Positions 15,030-28,164 of a stretch of 57,399 nucleotides of DNA are shown in pieces. The stretch is from Proteromonas lacertae. Taxonomy: Eukaryota. The stretch spans positions 1-57,399 of the forward strand of contig NGBS01000039.1 of assembly GCA_002245135.1 (NCBI GenBank). Reading direction: 5' to 3'. Positions within the stretch are counted from its first letter, which is position 1. Each line of letters opens with the position of its first letter. The translations under genes and the position numbers were made by a program. The notes under the pieces are model-generated. The model was not told the origin of the DNA, did no database searches, and was given only the letters and a program-made list of their open reading frames with translations.

Positions 15030-16257
15030 TTACATTTTTTCCCACCAACGATCATCAGGAGAGAATGGTTTATGGAAATCAATAGTCACCTTTGGATAAC
15101 TTTTAGCCAAAGCAGTAAGACTATCAAATTTTATCTTTGGTTCACCCAGATAAACATGTGTAAGGCTTTTGCTAGTATCCAAGATCTTTTTCAAATGTGG
15201 AAGAGCATTATCTGTTAACTTACAATCTATAAACATAAAATAAAATAAACATAATATATATACCTTTCAAATCTAAATGGCTAATACCTGGTAATTCAAC
15301 CATATGATTACTAATCGCTTCAACTCCTTTATCAGTGACATTAGTATGTGAGAATTCTAAAGAATCCAAATTAGCAAAAGTCTTAGAATGAGAAACAAAG
15401 GCTTCTATACTCTTATCTCCTACATTATTATATGACATTACCAACACTTCTAATTGTTTTAAATCGACTAATTTACCCATGAATTTAATAAAGCCTTCAT
15501 CTGTAACATCACAGGCACATAAATTGATCTCTGTAAGGTCGGATAATAAGTTCATATTAGCTGTGATAACTTCTAAACCTGCATCTCCAAAGTGCATTTC
15601 TATTTTGAAAAAAATAAAAATAAATTATATTAATAAAATATACGATCATAATTGGAGCAGTCCCACTTCTTGCCAATAGTGTCGAAGTGTTCAAATAACA
15701 CTGATAAACCTTTAGCAGTGATTGGATTATCTGATAATTGTAAATCTATTAAATTTTCCAACAATCCAATATTTTCACATAAAAATGGAATTTCACGGTC
15801 AGATAGGTTGTTTCCTCGTAAATCTAAATGTTTTAAGGATTTTAAATATTTGAAATTTTCGATTAACCAATGAAATTCTGCATCACCCATCTTCTTTGAA
15901 TAGTAATTCAAATCATAGTGAGAACGTAAGGCTTGTAATACATGGGCATGAATTGGAGGAATTGATCCAATCTTGTTAAGTAATGTATCATAGTAAAACT
16001 CTTGTCCGATGTTTTTGCCTTCTGCAACACTGAATGCAACATTAACAAAGAAAAACAATGCTGGTATCTTTTGAGTATCATGGTAATATTGACCGACTAA
16101 TGAAACAAGTTCTAAAATTTAAAATATAGCAAATCATACTATCGTTTTTGATGAGCTTCTTAAAATCCTCAGGAGTTAATTCAGTACCATTATCAATTAC
16201 TTCTTTGTAGTTTTCTTCAGTAATTTTTGGTTCTTCATCTTCGTTTTGTCCACTCAT
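15030..16257 (-). CDS. RI-like leucine-rich repeat protein without a kinase domain
   Basis: Starts MSGQNEDEEPK; repeats LKHLDLRGNNLSD, LIDLQLSDNPIT, LEVLVMSYNNVGD. Three short introns. Confidence 0.8.
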
Positions 16258-16564
16258 TTTGATGTATAACGAATAATAAGATTAAAATGTGAAAGTCTTA
16301 GTAATCTCGATAAAATATTTGCTAGGTTGGTGTTAGTTTGAACTGAAATTAAGAGACTTAGTCAAAAAATGACAAAACTCTTTTAATAACGATAATATAG
16401 GTTTGACTGTGAGTTTGGATTTACAAGTTCGTTACATCTTTTGTAAGAAATTGTTTTTTTCTATACGGTTTAAGATTTTGTATTGAAAAGTTTAAACTAT
16501 AGATCGATAAGAAATTACACAAATCTTTGAAAGAAAAACAAACATTTAATCATAAATACATTTC

Positions 16565-18198
16565 TTAGGAAAAGAAACCAATTATACTATCAATAAACGA
16601 ATATACACCTATGACTGTTCCAAGAATCATAATAATAACAGCACTTATTAAATAGAATTTTGATATTCCGGTATATTTTCGATGATACAAAACTAAAATA
16701 CAATAAGAAGGTAAAGCATATCCAATGAATCCTGATGGCAATCCACCAATCAAATTAAATACAATTTCAATTTGTTCAAAGAATAATGCGATTAATAAGG
16801 AAGCTATAGATAATATAAATAATAATAATAATTATTATTATATACATATGCAAATAACTAAAGTACTTATTTTATTACACAAATAAATCTTTCTATGTAA
16901 TTTATCATCAACGTTATCTTTCTGACCAAATATAATTAATTGAATTGTATATCTTAAAGGCAAAACATTTAACGGAAATGAGAATATAACAGTGAAAGCC
17001 ATACCAACATAAGCAATACCAACTACGATTGACATAATTATTGGTTTGGATGGGACAAGCCAAGTAGATATGATGTTACCTTCAACAGTATGTGGAAAAG
17101 CAATATAGCCAGCAATACCAGTTAAAATATAACTATTTTAAAAAAAATTAAATATAAATATATTATATACATAATACAGCAAGATAAAGCAGAAAAGAAA
17201 TTCACTCTTTTCATTGCATCTTCAGTTGGAATTGTTAATTCTGAATGTATTTCATAAATATTCATTTGAAATATAAATGAAAACAGTATAATAGAAGTAC
17301 TTTCTATAAATCTGTCATTCATTTTCCAAATAGTAACTTGCTCAATATGAGTAGCAAAATTATCATAAAACTATATAAAATATTGATTTAATTTATATTT
17401 ATATATTTATATACACACCAAACTATTAATAAAAATGTGAATACAAAACATCCAACAAATGACAACATCGATGTGATAGCTAATGAATTTGAATTATCTT
17501 TCCACGATAATGGTAAAACTAAAACTACAAAGAATATAATCATCATTGCTTTTCTATTCAACCACCAAGCGATGTGTATTTCTGTATTGTGATATATAGG
17601 AAACATCAAATCACCAACTCCTATTAAATAGGCCACACAGGCACCGTATAAGATACAGAACATGAAGAAATTGTATAACACTATTCCCCATTTACCACAT
17701 ATAGATTTCTATAGTAAAAAAATAATTAAAAAAATATAAAATACTATTGCTTCTTCAAAGGATCTTGTCATTGTTAATAATCTGACTTTAATGATCATAT
17801 TACTAGTGATGACAGTACAAATGAAAGCAAATATTGAAACTAATGTTGCTAATGTTAATCCTGTTAGAGAAAATGCATAGGGCAAGGATAATGAACTAGG
17901 ACCTAGTGCTACACTACATAAATTAAAAACCGCCACAGTAACTGAGCCTGGTCCACATAATAATCTCTTTTTTGTTGTGAGTTCTATTCATTTTAAAAAT
18001 AATTATAGACGTTTATACCATAAGTATCATCACGAGATGCAACTAGGAGATTGTCTGGATCTTTAATTTTCTCGATCTTGACAAAATCCTCTTCATTACT
18101 CAGTTCAATCTCACTATTCCATGCAAAATGTATATGAACAAAGAATACCTTAATTTCGCTGCATCCAGTGACACTATATCACTTTGTTCATCTTTCAT
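16565..18198 (-). CDS. Amino-acid transporter, Aa_trans (AAAP/SLC38-like) family
   Basis: Motifs GSVTVAVFNLCSVALGPSSLSLPYAF, LYGACVAYLIGVGDL, LVLPLS, FSFIFQMNIYEIHSEL and SFPLNVLPLR; many TM segments; about 6 short introns. Confidence 0.9.
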
Positions 18199-18317
18199 TT
18201 TAATTTTTTAATTTAATCCTTTTTTAAATTTTATCCGTTTTGTAGAACAAAAAAATGTTCGTTTCACAAAAAATCAACAAAATAAACACATTCTTTATAA
18301 TAGTATTATATCTAAAA

Positions 18318-19972
18318 TTATTTCTTATTCATGTCTACAAGCATCAAACTACCCACAAATGCCATTAATATCTTTGGATTAACTTCAACAATATCTTCCC
18401 AAGTTAGAAATACAACTGCTCCAATCTTTCTTGCTGTACTGATAATATATTTGCCATTCATTTCACCTTTAGTGTTATTATCAACATACTGCCAATTAAC
18501 AGAATCTTTATAAATTGCTGATAATAAATGCAATAAATATACACCATCACCTAATTGCTTATCTCTAAATGAAGATATTTGGATATCACACTTATTCTCT
18601 TTAACTTTAGAGTTTGACCATTGAATAATTTCATTTTCATCAACTTGCTTACCGTTTGTGCTTAATGATGATAATAATGATAATATATAAGATCTCATTA
18701 ATTGCCATACTACAGCTAAAGTCATCTTTCTATTACCATCAACAATATCTAATCCACCAATACTTCCTTCATATTTAGTGCCAAGATCCTTACCATATTT
18801 AATCACCAAATTACAGTTTTCAACTTGATGAAATCTATTCTTTGGAGGAATATGACCTTGTTTTTTCACATCGATCAAGCCTGGCTTGATTTCATTCATA
18901 ATTTTGATTAAAATCACACCATCTCTTAGATCTTGGAAGAGATTATTCACTACAACATCAGCAATACCTAAACTATTCATCCATCCACGATATACACGCT
19001 CTTCTCTACTATCTGTCTCTTCTACGAAGATTTCCTTGGGTGGTGGGATATCTACCTTTAATGCAGGATATTTGTTGAAGATTTGAGCTAATAATAACAT
19101 ATGTAATTTTTCTTACAAAAAATTAAAGAAATTAGTGAAATATTGATTAATAAAAAATGATATAACTCCATTAACCATATCTTCAGGATGTATAAATGTA
19201 TCAATCTCTATTTTCTTACAATAATCAATTGTCCAATTGGCTCTTTCCATTGGAGAAGCAGATGATTCTAATGTCGTCTCTGGAGTATGATGTGGTGCAA
19301 CTTGAGGTAATAATATTGTATAAGGAATAATATCCATCAAATCACTATGATAATTAGTAACTTCTTTATCATAACCACCTCGATGTAAGTGATAATTCAA
19401 CCATCTTAACAATAGATCCTGAGGTGGTAATTTGTAGATTACATCTTCAGCTTCATCATCTTTTGATAGTAAATACAACTCTGGATGGTAGATTAAAGCT
19501 ACATGACTTAATAATTGCTGTTTTAATATTTGCCATAATATTCCTAGTACGAGATGGGGAGTACCATCAATAAGATCATTAGGACCAATGTTCACTATTA
19601 TACAACCGATACCTCTAGCTGCATTGATGGCTAAGTTTTGATTTTCGATTTTCTTGTAAACACTTAGTGGCTTTCTCATATTAATTGACCTTTCATCAAT
19701 TGTTTCTGGATATGCTTTGTTGATTAATTTGCTATTGATTAATAGAAGAATAAAGAAGAAAAGAATACCAAAGCAATATACCATCATTAACAGCTTCATA
19801 TAATGCATTACCCGTTGGATCAATTGGTAGAACATCTTTTAAATCCTTATCATCCTGTAAACAGTTGTTTAAGTGATTTGCATAACCTCTCTAAAATAAT
19901 AAACTATTGTATATTTACTTTTTCAGCATCAGCAATTTTATGGGAGTTGCTAGATTCAGATTCACTTGACAT
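18318..19972 (-). CDS. Fimbrin/plastin (four CH domains, actin bundling), no N-terminal EF-hands visible
   Basis: Motifs NDGILLCKLIN...ETIDER, ENQNLAINAARGIGC, HLVLGILWQI, LLRWLNYHL, SREERVYRGWMNSLG and KYIISTARKIGA. Introns at 19891-19918, ~19733-19768 and 19113-19163. Confidence 0.95.
19113..19163 (-). other. Probable U12-type (minor spliceosomal) intron with AT-AA ends
   Basis: Starts ATATCATTT, has branch-point-like TTCTTTAAT and ends ...TTGTAA. Removing exactly these 51 nt gives DMVNGV|EKLHMLLLAQIFNKYPAL, colinear with plastin [24 protein letters not shown]. No nearby GT-AG pair keeps the frame. Confidence 0.75.
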
Positions 19973-20078
19973 ATCAAACGAAGAAAGAAAGATAAATTCT
20001 AAAAATATATGCGTTTCAGTCAATTATGTTGGTCAAGTTTTCATTTGATTGGATTCTTTCGTTTTTAAGGTTTTTCTC

Positions 20079-22051
20079 ATGAATAAAAAGATTATATCAG
20101 GTCTTATTCTGTCTGCATTAATTGTGGCAGTTTTATGTGCATGTCCAAACAACTGTAATGGACATGGTGAGTGTAATGCAGATAGTCAATGTGTTTGTCA
20201 CAAACAACAAGGATTGGGATTGAATGATGCTAATTTCATGCTTCCATTATATACTGGAGCTGATTGTTCTCAGAGTATTACTTTTTGAAATTTATTTGTT
20301 TAGGAACTTGTCCTACTGGTGTTTCATTTGCTTCATTTGATACTGGTTCAACATTATTCTCAAAAGTTGAAGCCTGCAGGAGAAGGTCCTAAAGCAAGAT
20401 TATTATTCAATGATGAAGAAGATAGAGAATTAGATAGTAATTCTACAACAACAAAAGTTGATTTAACCGATTCAGTTAGCAATTCAACAGTTATCACAAA
20501 TGATATGATAGTTCCATCTTTTGAACAAACAACATCAAAAGGAGGTGTAATGAGTTGTATGGTTAAATATGATGGTCAAAATATAGAAGAAGGGGAAAGA
20601 ATGAGTCTCACTGTATATGGATATCAAAAAACTGATAAAGGAACTGTTTTTGTAACTGATTTACCTAAATGATTATGAAAATGTAAGTATCAGTGAATGT
20701 TATGTAACTTATGTAAGAAGAGATTTATCATTATTTGGTACAATAGCATTTGATCAATACAGGAGAAGGTATATGGGGTGGTATTGGTGGTTTATTGATT
20801 AATTATGGATTTACTACAATTAATGAACCATATAATATTAGAGTTGCATGTGTTGAAAGTGCAAAGACAGGTATTATTAAACAATTAGATAATTATGTCA
20901 CAATGACAATTACTGAAAATGATGAAAATGAGAAAGTATCATATGATGTAAAATTCAATTTAACTGATAATTCAACTGTTCCAGCATTTTGTTTCATGTT
21001 ATCAACAGGTACTGAGAATGGTAGAGTTGTTAATATTGATATGATAACATCAGAATTGAGTATGATGATAGGAAGAGATGGAAGTAATTATTATTATGGA
21101 CAAAAAATAGCAAAATGGTGGTGTTATTCAAGCAGTAATGAAAAGTACTGATATTGTAGGAGTTGATGGAAATAGACGTATATTAGAAGATGATCCTACA
21201 ATGATAACTGGACCAGGATCCTGAATTTGATAAAGGTATCAATACCAGCAGGATCTTATAGATATTATTTTAATTTTGCAAAGGTTTATGGTTTAGATGG
21301 TAAAGAAACATCGACTAAGAGAGATTATTCTGGTTTTGTGTAGATTCTTAAGTGTAAGGATCAAAAGCAACAATACTTGTCCAATCATACTACTGGCGAT
21401 AATACAGTATCTGTTAAACAAGTTCAAGTAACAAAGAATCCAGTTGAAGTAGTATGTGTTGCAAAGTGGAGCATGGTTCCTACTGAAGCTACTAAAGGAT
21501 TAAAACCTCAATCCAATACAGGATGTTTTTATTTATACTTTGATGAAAAAGTAATAAATGATGCAACAAGTGGTAATTCATATTTATTGAATGTGTTTGT
21601 CTCTCCATCAGGTGTTCATCCAGTTATTGAATGTAGTGGAAATGGTTTATGTAATAGAGAAACAGGTCAATGTCAATGTTATGCTGGTTTTGATGGTGAT
21701 GCTTGTCAAAGATTCTCCTGTCCAAATGATTGTAGTAATCATGGAAGATGTGTTCAAGTTTCAGATGCATTAGGACTATCAATAAACAGAGAGAATTACC
21801 CTAAAGGATTTGGTCATTACTAAAGAATCAAAAGTATTCAATGTTCGCTTGTATATGTGATAAAGGTCATAGAGGTCCAGACTGTTCATTATTAGAATGT
21901 CCATCTCAAGAAGATCCAATCAATGGAGCTAAATCAAAAAGAAAAGAGAGATTGTAGTGGAAGAGGTATATGTAATTATTCAACTGGTAATTGTGAATGT
22001 TTCCAAGGATTCTATGGAACTGCTTGTGAAACACTTAATCCAAATCAGTAA
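20079..22051 (+). CDS. Secreted EGF-like Cys-rich protein of the stramenopile mastigoneme (Ocm1/Sig1-like) type; many apparent frameshifts (assembly error or pseudogene)
   Basis: Signal peptide, then [11 protein letters not shown]...TGADCSQRTCP; later [65 protein letters not shown] and [27 protein letters not shown]. The frame is broken about 9 times. Confidence 0.75.
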
Positions 22052-22234
22052 AAATCAGATAATAATGTTTCATAATTAATTACTTTATTTTTATTATATT
22101 ACTTCTAAGAAAATAATTAAATATATATTGTTGTTGTTGTTTTGGAATAATAAATCTCTAATAACAAAAAAACAATTACAAATAACGAGTAATACTATGT
22201 GTAAGACATATATATATTGTTTATTATTATTAAT

Positions 22235-23260
22235 TTATGTTAAATATACTTTACTTAACGAAGAATGCTTATAATTATTTGATCGATATTCAGAATTACT
22301 TTCTGAAGAGAACATGGAAGGTAAAGGACCTGACACTCTTTCTAACGAATGAACACTACCCACTTTTTTCAATTTAGTAATCATTGGATTGACATTACCA
22401 CTAATTCTTAAATTCATCTTCGATTCATAGCTACTACTATTAGCAGTCGAGCTTAGTGGTTGTGCTTGATAATTTGGATTGGTATATTTCATCATATACT
22501 TAGTATATCCTATGCTTTTATTACTTTTACACATTGCAATATTGCAATTAATAATCTATTATCATCTTTATTGTTACTGTTACTACTGGAACTATCTTTA
22601 TTATTCAATTTAATTGGAGTGATTAGTCTCATTTGGTATGAATTATTCTTTGATAATTCCACAAATACTTCGTATAAAGTTCTATCATCTTGTAATGGAT
22701 AATCATATTGTAAAGGATTTACTAAACAAAACAATTTACATTGTAAAAACTCAATACATGATAAAGGAGGTAATTTATCATGAGTTAATTGCCATTGGAT
22801 GATATCTGCTTTTCTTTTAAATCGATCAGTGATTCGTTTATGTATAAAGATGGAAAATATTTGATCATTTAAGTATTTTTGATATTCTAGAAATGTATTG
22901 AATAATGTAGTTTTATTACAGATAAATTTGGAGATTTGAGATATTGTTACTTCTTCGTTATTACTATTTATAATAATAATTAATTTCATATATATATATA
23001 TACCCAAATAAATCTGAAACTATACTACACAAATCAGTATTTGAATGACCTTCTAAAAGATGATAAAATCCTATAAATCTTTCGACTGATATTGTATTCT
23101 TCAATATACAATCACTTACAAGAATAAAAACTAAAAAATAAATAGAAATTAAATAGATTATACAACAAAATAGACAATTTAGGTTTAAAAGACAAATGAA
23201 ACATATAAACTGGAAAAACTCATTGAAATGTATTTGTCTAGTGAGGATCTATTTCCATAC
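22235..23260 (-). CDS. Degenerate EF-hand family protein; paralog D (5' end not resolved, apparent frameshift at ~22530)
   Basis: IHFNEFFQFICFIC and LPPLSCIEFL...NPLQYDY match paralogs A-C; Ser-rich tail in ORF 22235-22534. Confidence 0.5.
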
Positions 23261-23833
23261 CACAAGCTCCTTTACTTACTATATAAAATGACTAGTAACA
23301 AACATACAAATTATATCTAAAATTATTTCGACAGGTCTACACCTACATGCCTCAAACTTTTGGAGTAAATTGTACCTTGTTACTTTATTTAGTAATCTAT
23401 CGAATTATTTACATATACACATACATTGTATCAAGCACAGTGAAATATTCGAATATATAACTAATCTCCTTGTTTGTCACTACAATGAACAATAATAGAA
23501 ATACGTAACAAATATCCTGCTAATATTTTTGAAATTTTGTTTAATTCAGGAATAATAACGTATGAATCTTCTGACATAAGTAATCTAACTGTCCATTATA
23601 AATAACGAATGAAAAACCAAAAAAACTTGAACATGAACAAGCTTAAAATTCAAAAAAAACAAAAAAGGATGATTATGAAGATTGCAATGATATAAATATC
23701 TCTATATGACTCTTTATACTTTTTTCTTTTAATCAAAAAAGTTCAATCTAACAAAATCTTAAGATATACACAGCTTGATAAGGCTTGAGTTTTTTTATCG
23801 TTTTACTTTAGATTAGTTATAGAGGTAGTTGCA

Positions 23834-25344
23834 ATGCCAAAAGATAGTTCCACAAGGTTTCCTCCCATTAAAGATGCACAGAAAGAGGTTAAACACGAGG
23901 ATACGCCAATCACTAGCTATAGAAGGCTACAGCCTCCTTCAGTACACAAAGTTCAGGAAGTAAAAAATATACCAGATGATATTAAGTGTAAAACTTCGCT
24001 AGGAAGATGTTTACTCAACAAATTATTTAATAGTTCGCCTGTTACACCTCCTGTTCCTGGTATCTATAGTATTTGTTAATCTACAATAGAAAAAACAAAA
24101 GCTGAAATAGCAATCGAAACTATAGAGACAAAATTAAAATCATTTAGTCTAAAAAACGATGATCAATCAATTCAAGATGCTATAAATGTATAAAAATATT
24201 TTTATATGTGTGTTATAGACAATAACAGATTTAACAACACTTTTTTCACACAATCAAGAAGTAATATCAACACAATCATATCATCAACAACTCTTTAGAA
24301 TAGTATAACATATTAAATATAATTATTAACATAATAGATATGCGATCTTTTAGAATTCACTTCATTAAATTCAGATAAAACTCAATATATAAGATTAAGA
24401 AACGTATAGTTTTTTATTATTTGTTTATAATATATATATAAATAGAATACATTGTCATTAATAAGTACAATCATTCTATTACCAGATTATGAAGGTAAAG
24501 CATCTAAAAATATACCAAATCGATTGATAACAATTGTATTGAATTTATTTTAATATAATAGTTATTAAATTCATATTCACTACGATTTACACTTGATTCA
24601 AACTCATTGGATAATATAATAATTACATTGTATTGTAAATCACCCAAGTTCCATAAAGTGTTTATTAAAACACATTCTATGATTATATATAATTATATTC
24701 ATTTGTATAAATATATTAATTTATATATATAGTAATGAAGGTGATACTGAATGTATAAGTCATATGCTTACTTTAACACAGTCGTATATAATATATATTA
24801 TATTTGTAATAGTTTTTATTTTGATTATCTAACACACTCAATCACTAACAATGGTGAAGAATTCTATCAAAAGTTCTTTCTCAATATTCTAAGTGTAGAA
24901 ATAGATGAAATATATGAAGAAGTAATAGCTACAATTGAAAGATTCTTATCTTTTAATAGACAATTAGCGAATGTTACATTGGTATATTTGAGGAAATATT
25001 TCCCAAGGAGTAATACAGATAAAGCTACACTTTTCTTTGATATATTTGATTCGGTTTTAGGTTTTCTGGTACTTCCAACAGATGATCAAACTATTAAAGC
25101 ATTTGCTGATATTTTATTTTTTGCTGTTAAATCTGATTCTATTCCTATTATTTCAAGGTCGTTGAATTGTTGGTTAAATCCTGCATTTGTTCAAGTGGCT
25201 AGTTCAGTTCCAGATTTATTTTTATATTTACAAAATCTTTTATCCTTTCAATCACAGAATCATTGGTCTAAAGACCTTAGAACACTTAGTTTTCAGGCTT
25301 TACAAGCTATTAGTGGTGGTAATGTTACTGTCATTCAAGAATAA
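23834..25344 (+). CDS. Highly divergent PP2A B56 (B') regulatory subunit-like protein
   Basis: C-terminal motifs LRKYFPRSNTDKATLFF (B56 LLKYWPxTxSxKEVMFL), IISRSLNCWLN (VAERALxxWNN) and NHWSKDLRTLSFQAL (HWNxxVxxLxxNVL). Seven short GT-AG introns splice in frame. Confidence 0.6.
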
Positions 25345-25512
25345 TTGTATTTTAAATATAATGTATACTAAATGATATTTATTTTATATATATATATATT
25401 TGTAATAATTATGTTTGTGTGTTTTTATTGAAGTATTACTAGATAGTTTCTCTTTTATTTTGAGTTTTGTACAAATGAATAATAAAAATTGAGCCGTTTC
25501 ATGTACTAAAAA

Positions 25513-28017
25513 ATGAATTTTTTAACTGCATTTCTAAATGATATTTTATTCTCGATATTACCCAATGATTCTCTAGTATTTGAATAATTACATTTTTATA
25601 GATTAAAGAAACAGTCAGAAAAAGGTGTTAATGAAATAGATTTAGTTATGCAACATCATGATGATGTTAAAATGTTTAAAATCATCAATATTAGTAGGAT
25701 GAAAGAAAAAATAATTATAGAATTTTATGAGAGCAGCTTGATACTGTCAGAATGTTGTTTTTCCTTTATCTATCCTTCCACAGTATTTCAAATGCATAGT
25801 TATCATGAATATATACTAATATCAAGAGATTATTATACTATTGATCTAGAAGAGATGATTCATAGAAAATCAATATCATTGTGTGATAGCGATAAAGTTA
25901 TAAATTCTATATGTGTTATTATAATGAAATTGAACGACTATGGTTTAACAATATATAATCTGAAGAGTTCTAATATAACATATAAGATAAAAGATGATGT
26001 TTATTATTACATACAAATGTGTGATTTATATATACATACGTTAAGAAAAGAAGAAGATATGAAGATAAATGATGTGTGCTATTTAAGTCCAGAAGAGATT
26101 AGCGGATTAGAATGTAATGAGAAGAGTACAGTTTGGTCTATTGGTTGTATATTATATGAATTATTAAATCATGAATTACCTTTTAATGAAGATAATAATA
26201 TGAATAAAACAAGAGAGAATATTATGAGAGGTAAATATAGTTGTAATATCGAATGTGATGATTTTATAAAAGAAATGATAGATAAAATGTTAAAAGTGAA
26301 AAGTGAAGATAGAATAAGTTTGAAAGAGTTGAATAAAGAAATGATTAAAGTTAATAATACATTTAAGGATGGACAAAATAATTTGCGAGTGTGTAAAGAG
26401 AGAAAAGAAGTACTATTCAATAATGATTATATATCTGTTACACTTCCATTTGGATGTACTATAAAGTATTTTCCTAAAATGGAGAAATACATAAGTATAT
26501 ATATATCTATATTATTGATAATAATAATAATAATAATATATGAATAGAAATGCGAAATTATTTAATAGAATCATACAATAATAAATCTAATGACAAAGTA
26601 TTATCTATACTATTAGCAATGCAGTTATATAATTATGATTATTCAATGTGTAAAAAACTTAGATTTCAAACATTACACAATTGTAAAGTGAACAATAGAA
26701 GTGTTTATTGGGATAAAATGATATTTAAATGTAGAAATAGCAGACTTGATAAAGAAATAGTTACACTTCAATCAAAATGTAATTGTTTCTGTAGTGAAGG
26801 AATTGATTATTTGTTGAATATATTGCAATACATAAATCCAACAAAATTGGCATTTAGTATCTATTCCATTATTGATTCATTTAGATGATATTGATATTCC
26901 AATTAAGTATCAGTCTTTATTTGCTTCACTTTTTTCAAAATTGTCAAATCTAAAATCATTATCTTTACCTAATTGTAATATTACTTGCTATTTTATTGAA
27001 ACATTTATAAAATTAATACCATACAATAAATTGAAATACATCAATCTTCAAGGTATATTTAATAGTTTTATAATTGTGTAATAGAAAATCCAGTTGGTTT
27101 AAAAGGCTTTAAATTAATACTTCCCTATTTACATTTATTAATTAACAAGAATAATGAATTGCATCTTTACGAAATGAGTTTAAATGATGAAACTATGATA
27201 TTATTGTCAGAACAATTATATAAATACCCACAACTAAACAAAATAGAAATAAAAGAAAAGAATAGCATTAATTCAAAAGGTATAAAAGCATTATACTCCA
27301 AATTTCCAGCTTCAAGAGTGTTTTTGACACTTAGTGGAGGTAATGATTATATTAATCATTGCAAATATCACAAAGGAGGATTGCATATGAAATGTTCAGG
27401 TATTGATGATAATCTATTTGCATCATTCATTTTTCATGATCCATATAGATTGAGAATAATGAAAAAGTTGGATTTGAGAAGTATAAAGTGATATTATAAT
27501 AGTATTATAGATAATAAACTTACTCATGTAAGTATTGAAATACTAATGAAGAATATATCTTCGCTTCCACAATTAAAAGAGCTTCAATTATATGGGAATA
27601 AAATAGGAGATTTAGGAATGAAAGTGTTATCGCCTCATTTACATTTACTAAAAGTAGACAGGTTATTTCATTATTTAATTAATTGCTCTAGTATTTTTCT
27701 ATTCTTTAAAGCTGAATAGAAATGGGATTATCATCAATTGGATTAAAATACTTATTAGATGGTATGAAGAATATAAATGTGGAAAGATATAAAAAGATAA
27801 AACTTGATATAAGTGATAATAACATTGATGTAGATGGAATAGATAGTTTGATAATATATGTAAGTGAGAATAATAATATTGAAAAGATTATAATTAATTG
27901 TATATATTTATCATTATTTAATTGGTAGATGATGAAACTATTAGATTCAAAATTGAAGAATTGAGAAGAATTATAAAAGTAGGATATAATAATAATAATT
28001 GTTGTGCTATAATGTAA
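25513..28017 (+). CDS. Pseudokinase plus RI-like LRRs with C-terminal CaaX (NNNNCCAIM*); paralog 3; one apparent extra A at ~25605
   Basis: Start MNFLTAFLND resembles paralogs 1 and 2. IYNLKSSN (no HRD Asp), MCDLY (no DFG), YLSPE, VWSIGCILYEL. LRR exons over 26550-27928; the last exon ends tgt tgt gct ata atg taa. Confidence 0.7.
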
Positions 28018-28164
28018 AATATATATTTAGTATTGGAGAATATAAATAAAAACCACAACAAAAACATTTATAAAGAATAATAATTAAAAGTCTTCTTGAC
28101 CTTTTATATTTTGCTAATTTTAATCAAAAAAAATAAATGTTACTTAACTTTTGTCATATACAAT

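Noticed and set aside
19088..19116. Canonical 29-nt GTAAG...TTAG intron in fimbrin
   Set aside because: Removing it shifts the frame and deletes conserved KLHMLLL residues.
18091..19770. GTATTCTTT-starting introns (transporter intron 1, fimbrin intron 2) as GT-AG U12 introns
   Set aside because: Most introns here begin GTAT, these two are of ordinary length (~35 nt), and neither has a convincing U12 branch point.
20660..20680. Euplotes-type programmed +1 frameshifting (AAA-TGA)
   Set aside because: Only one of about 9 sites has this context, and the rest are generic homopolymer extensions, so assembly error is more parsimonious.
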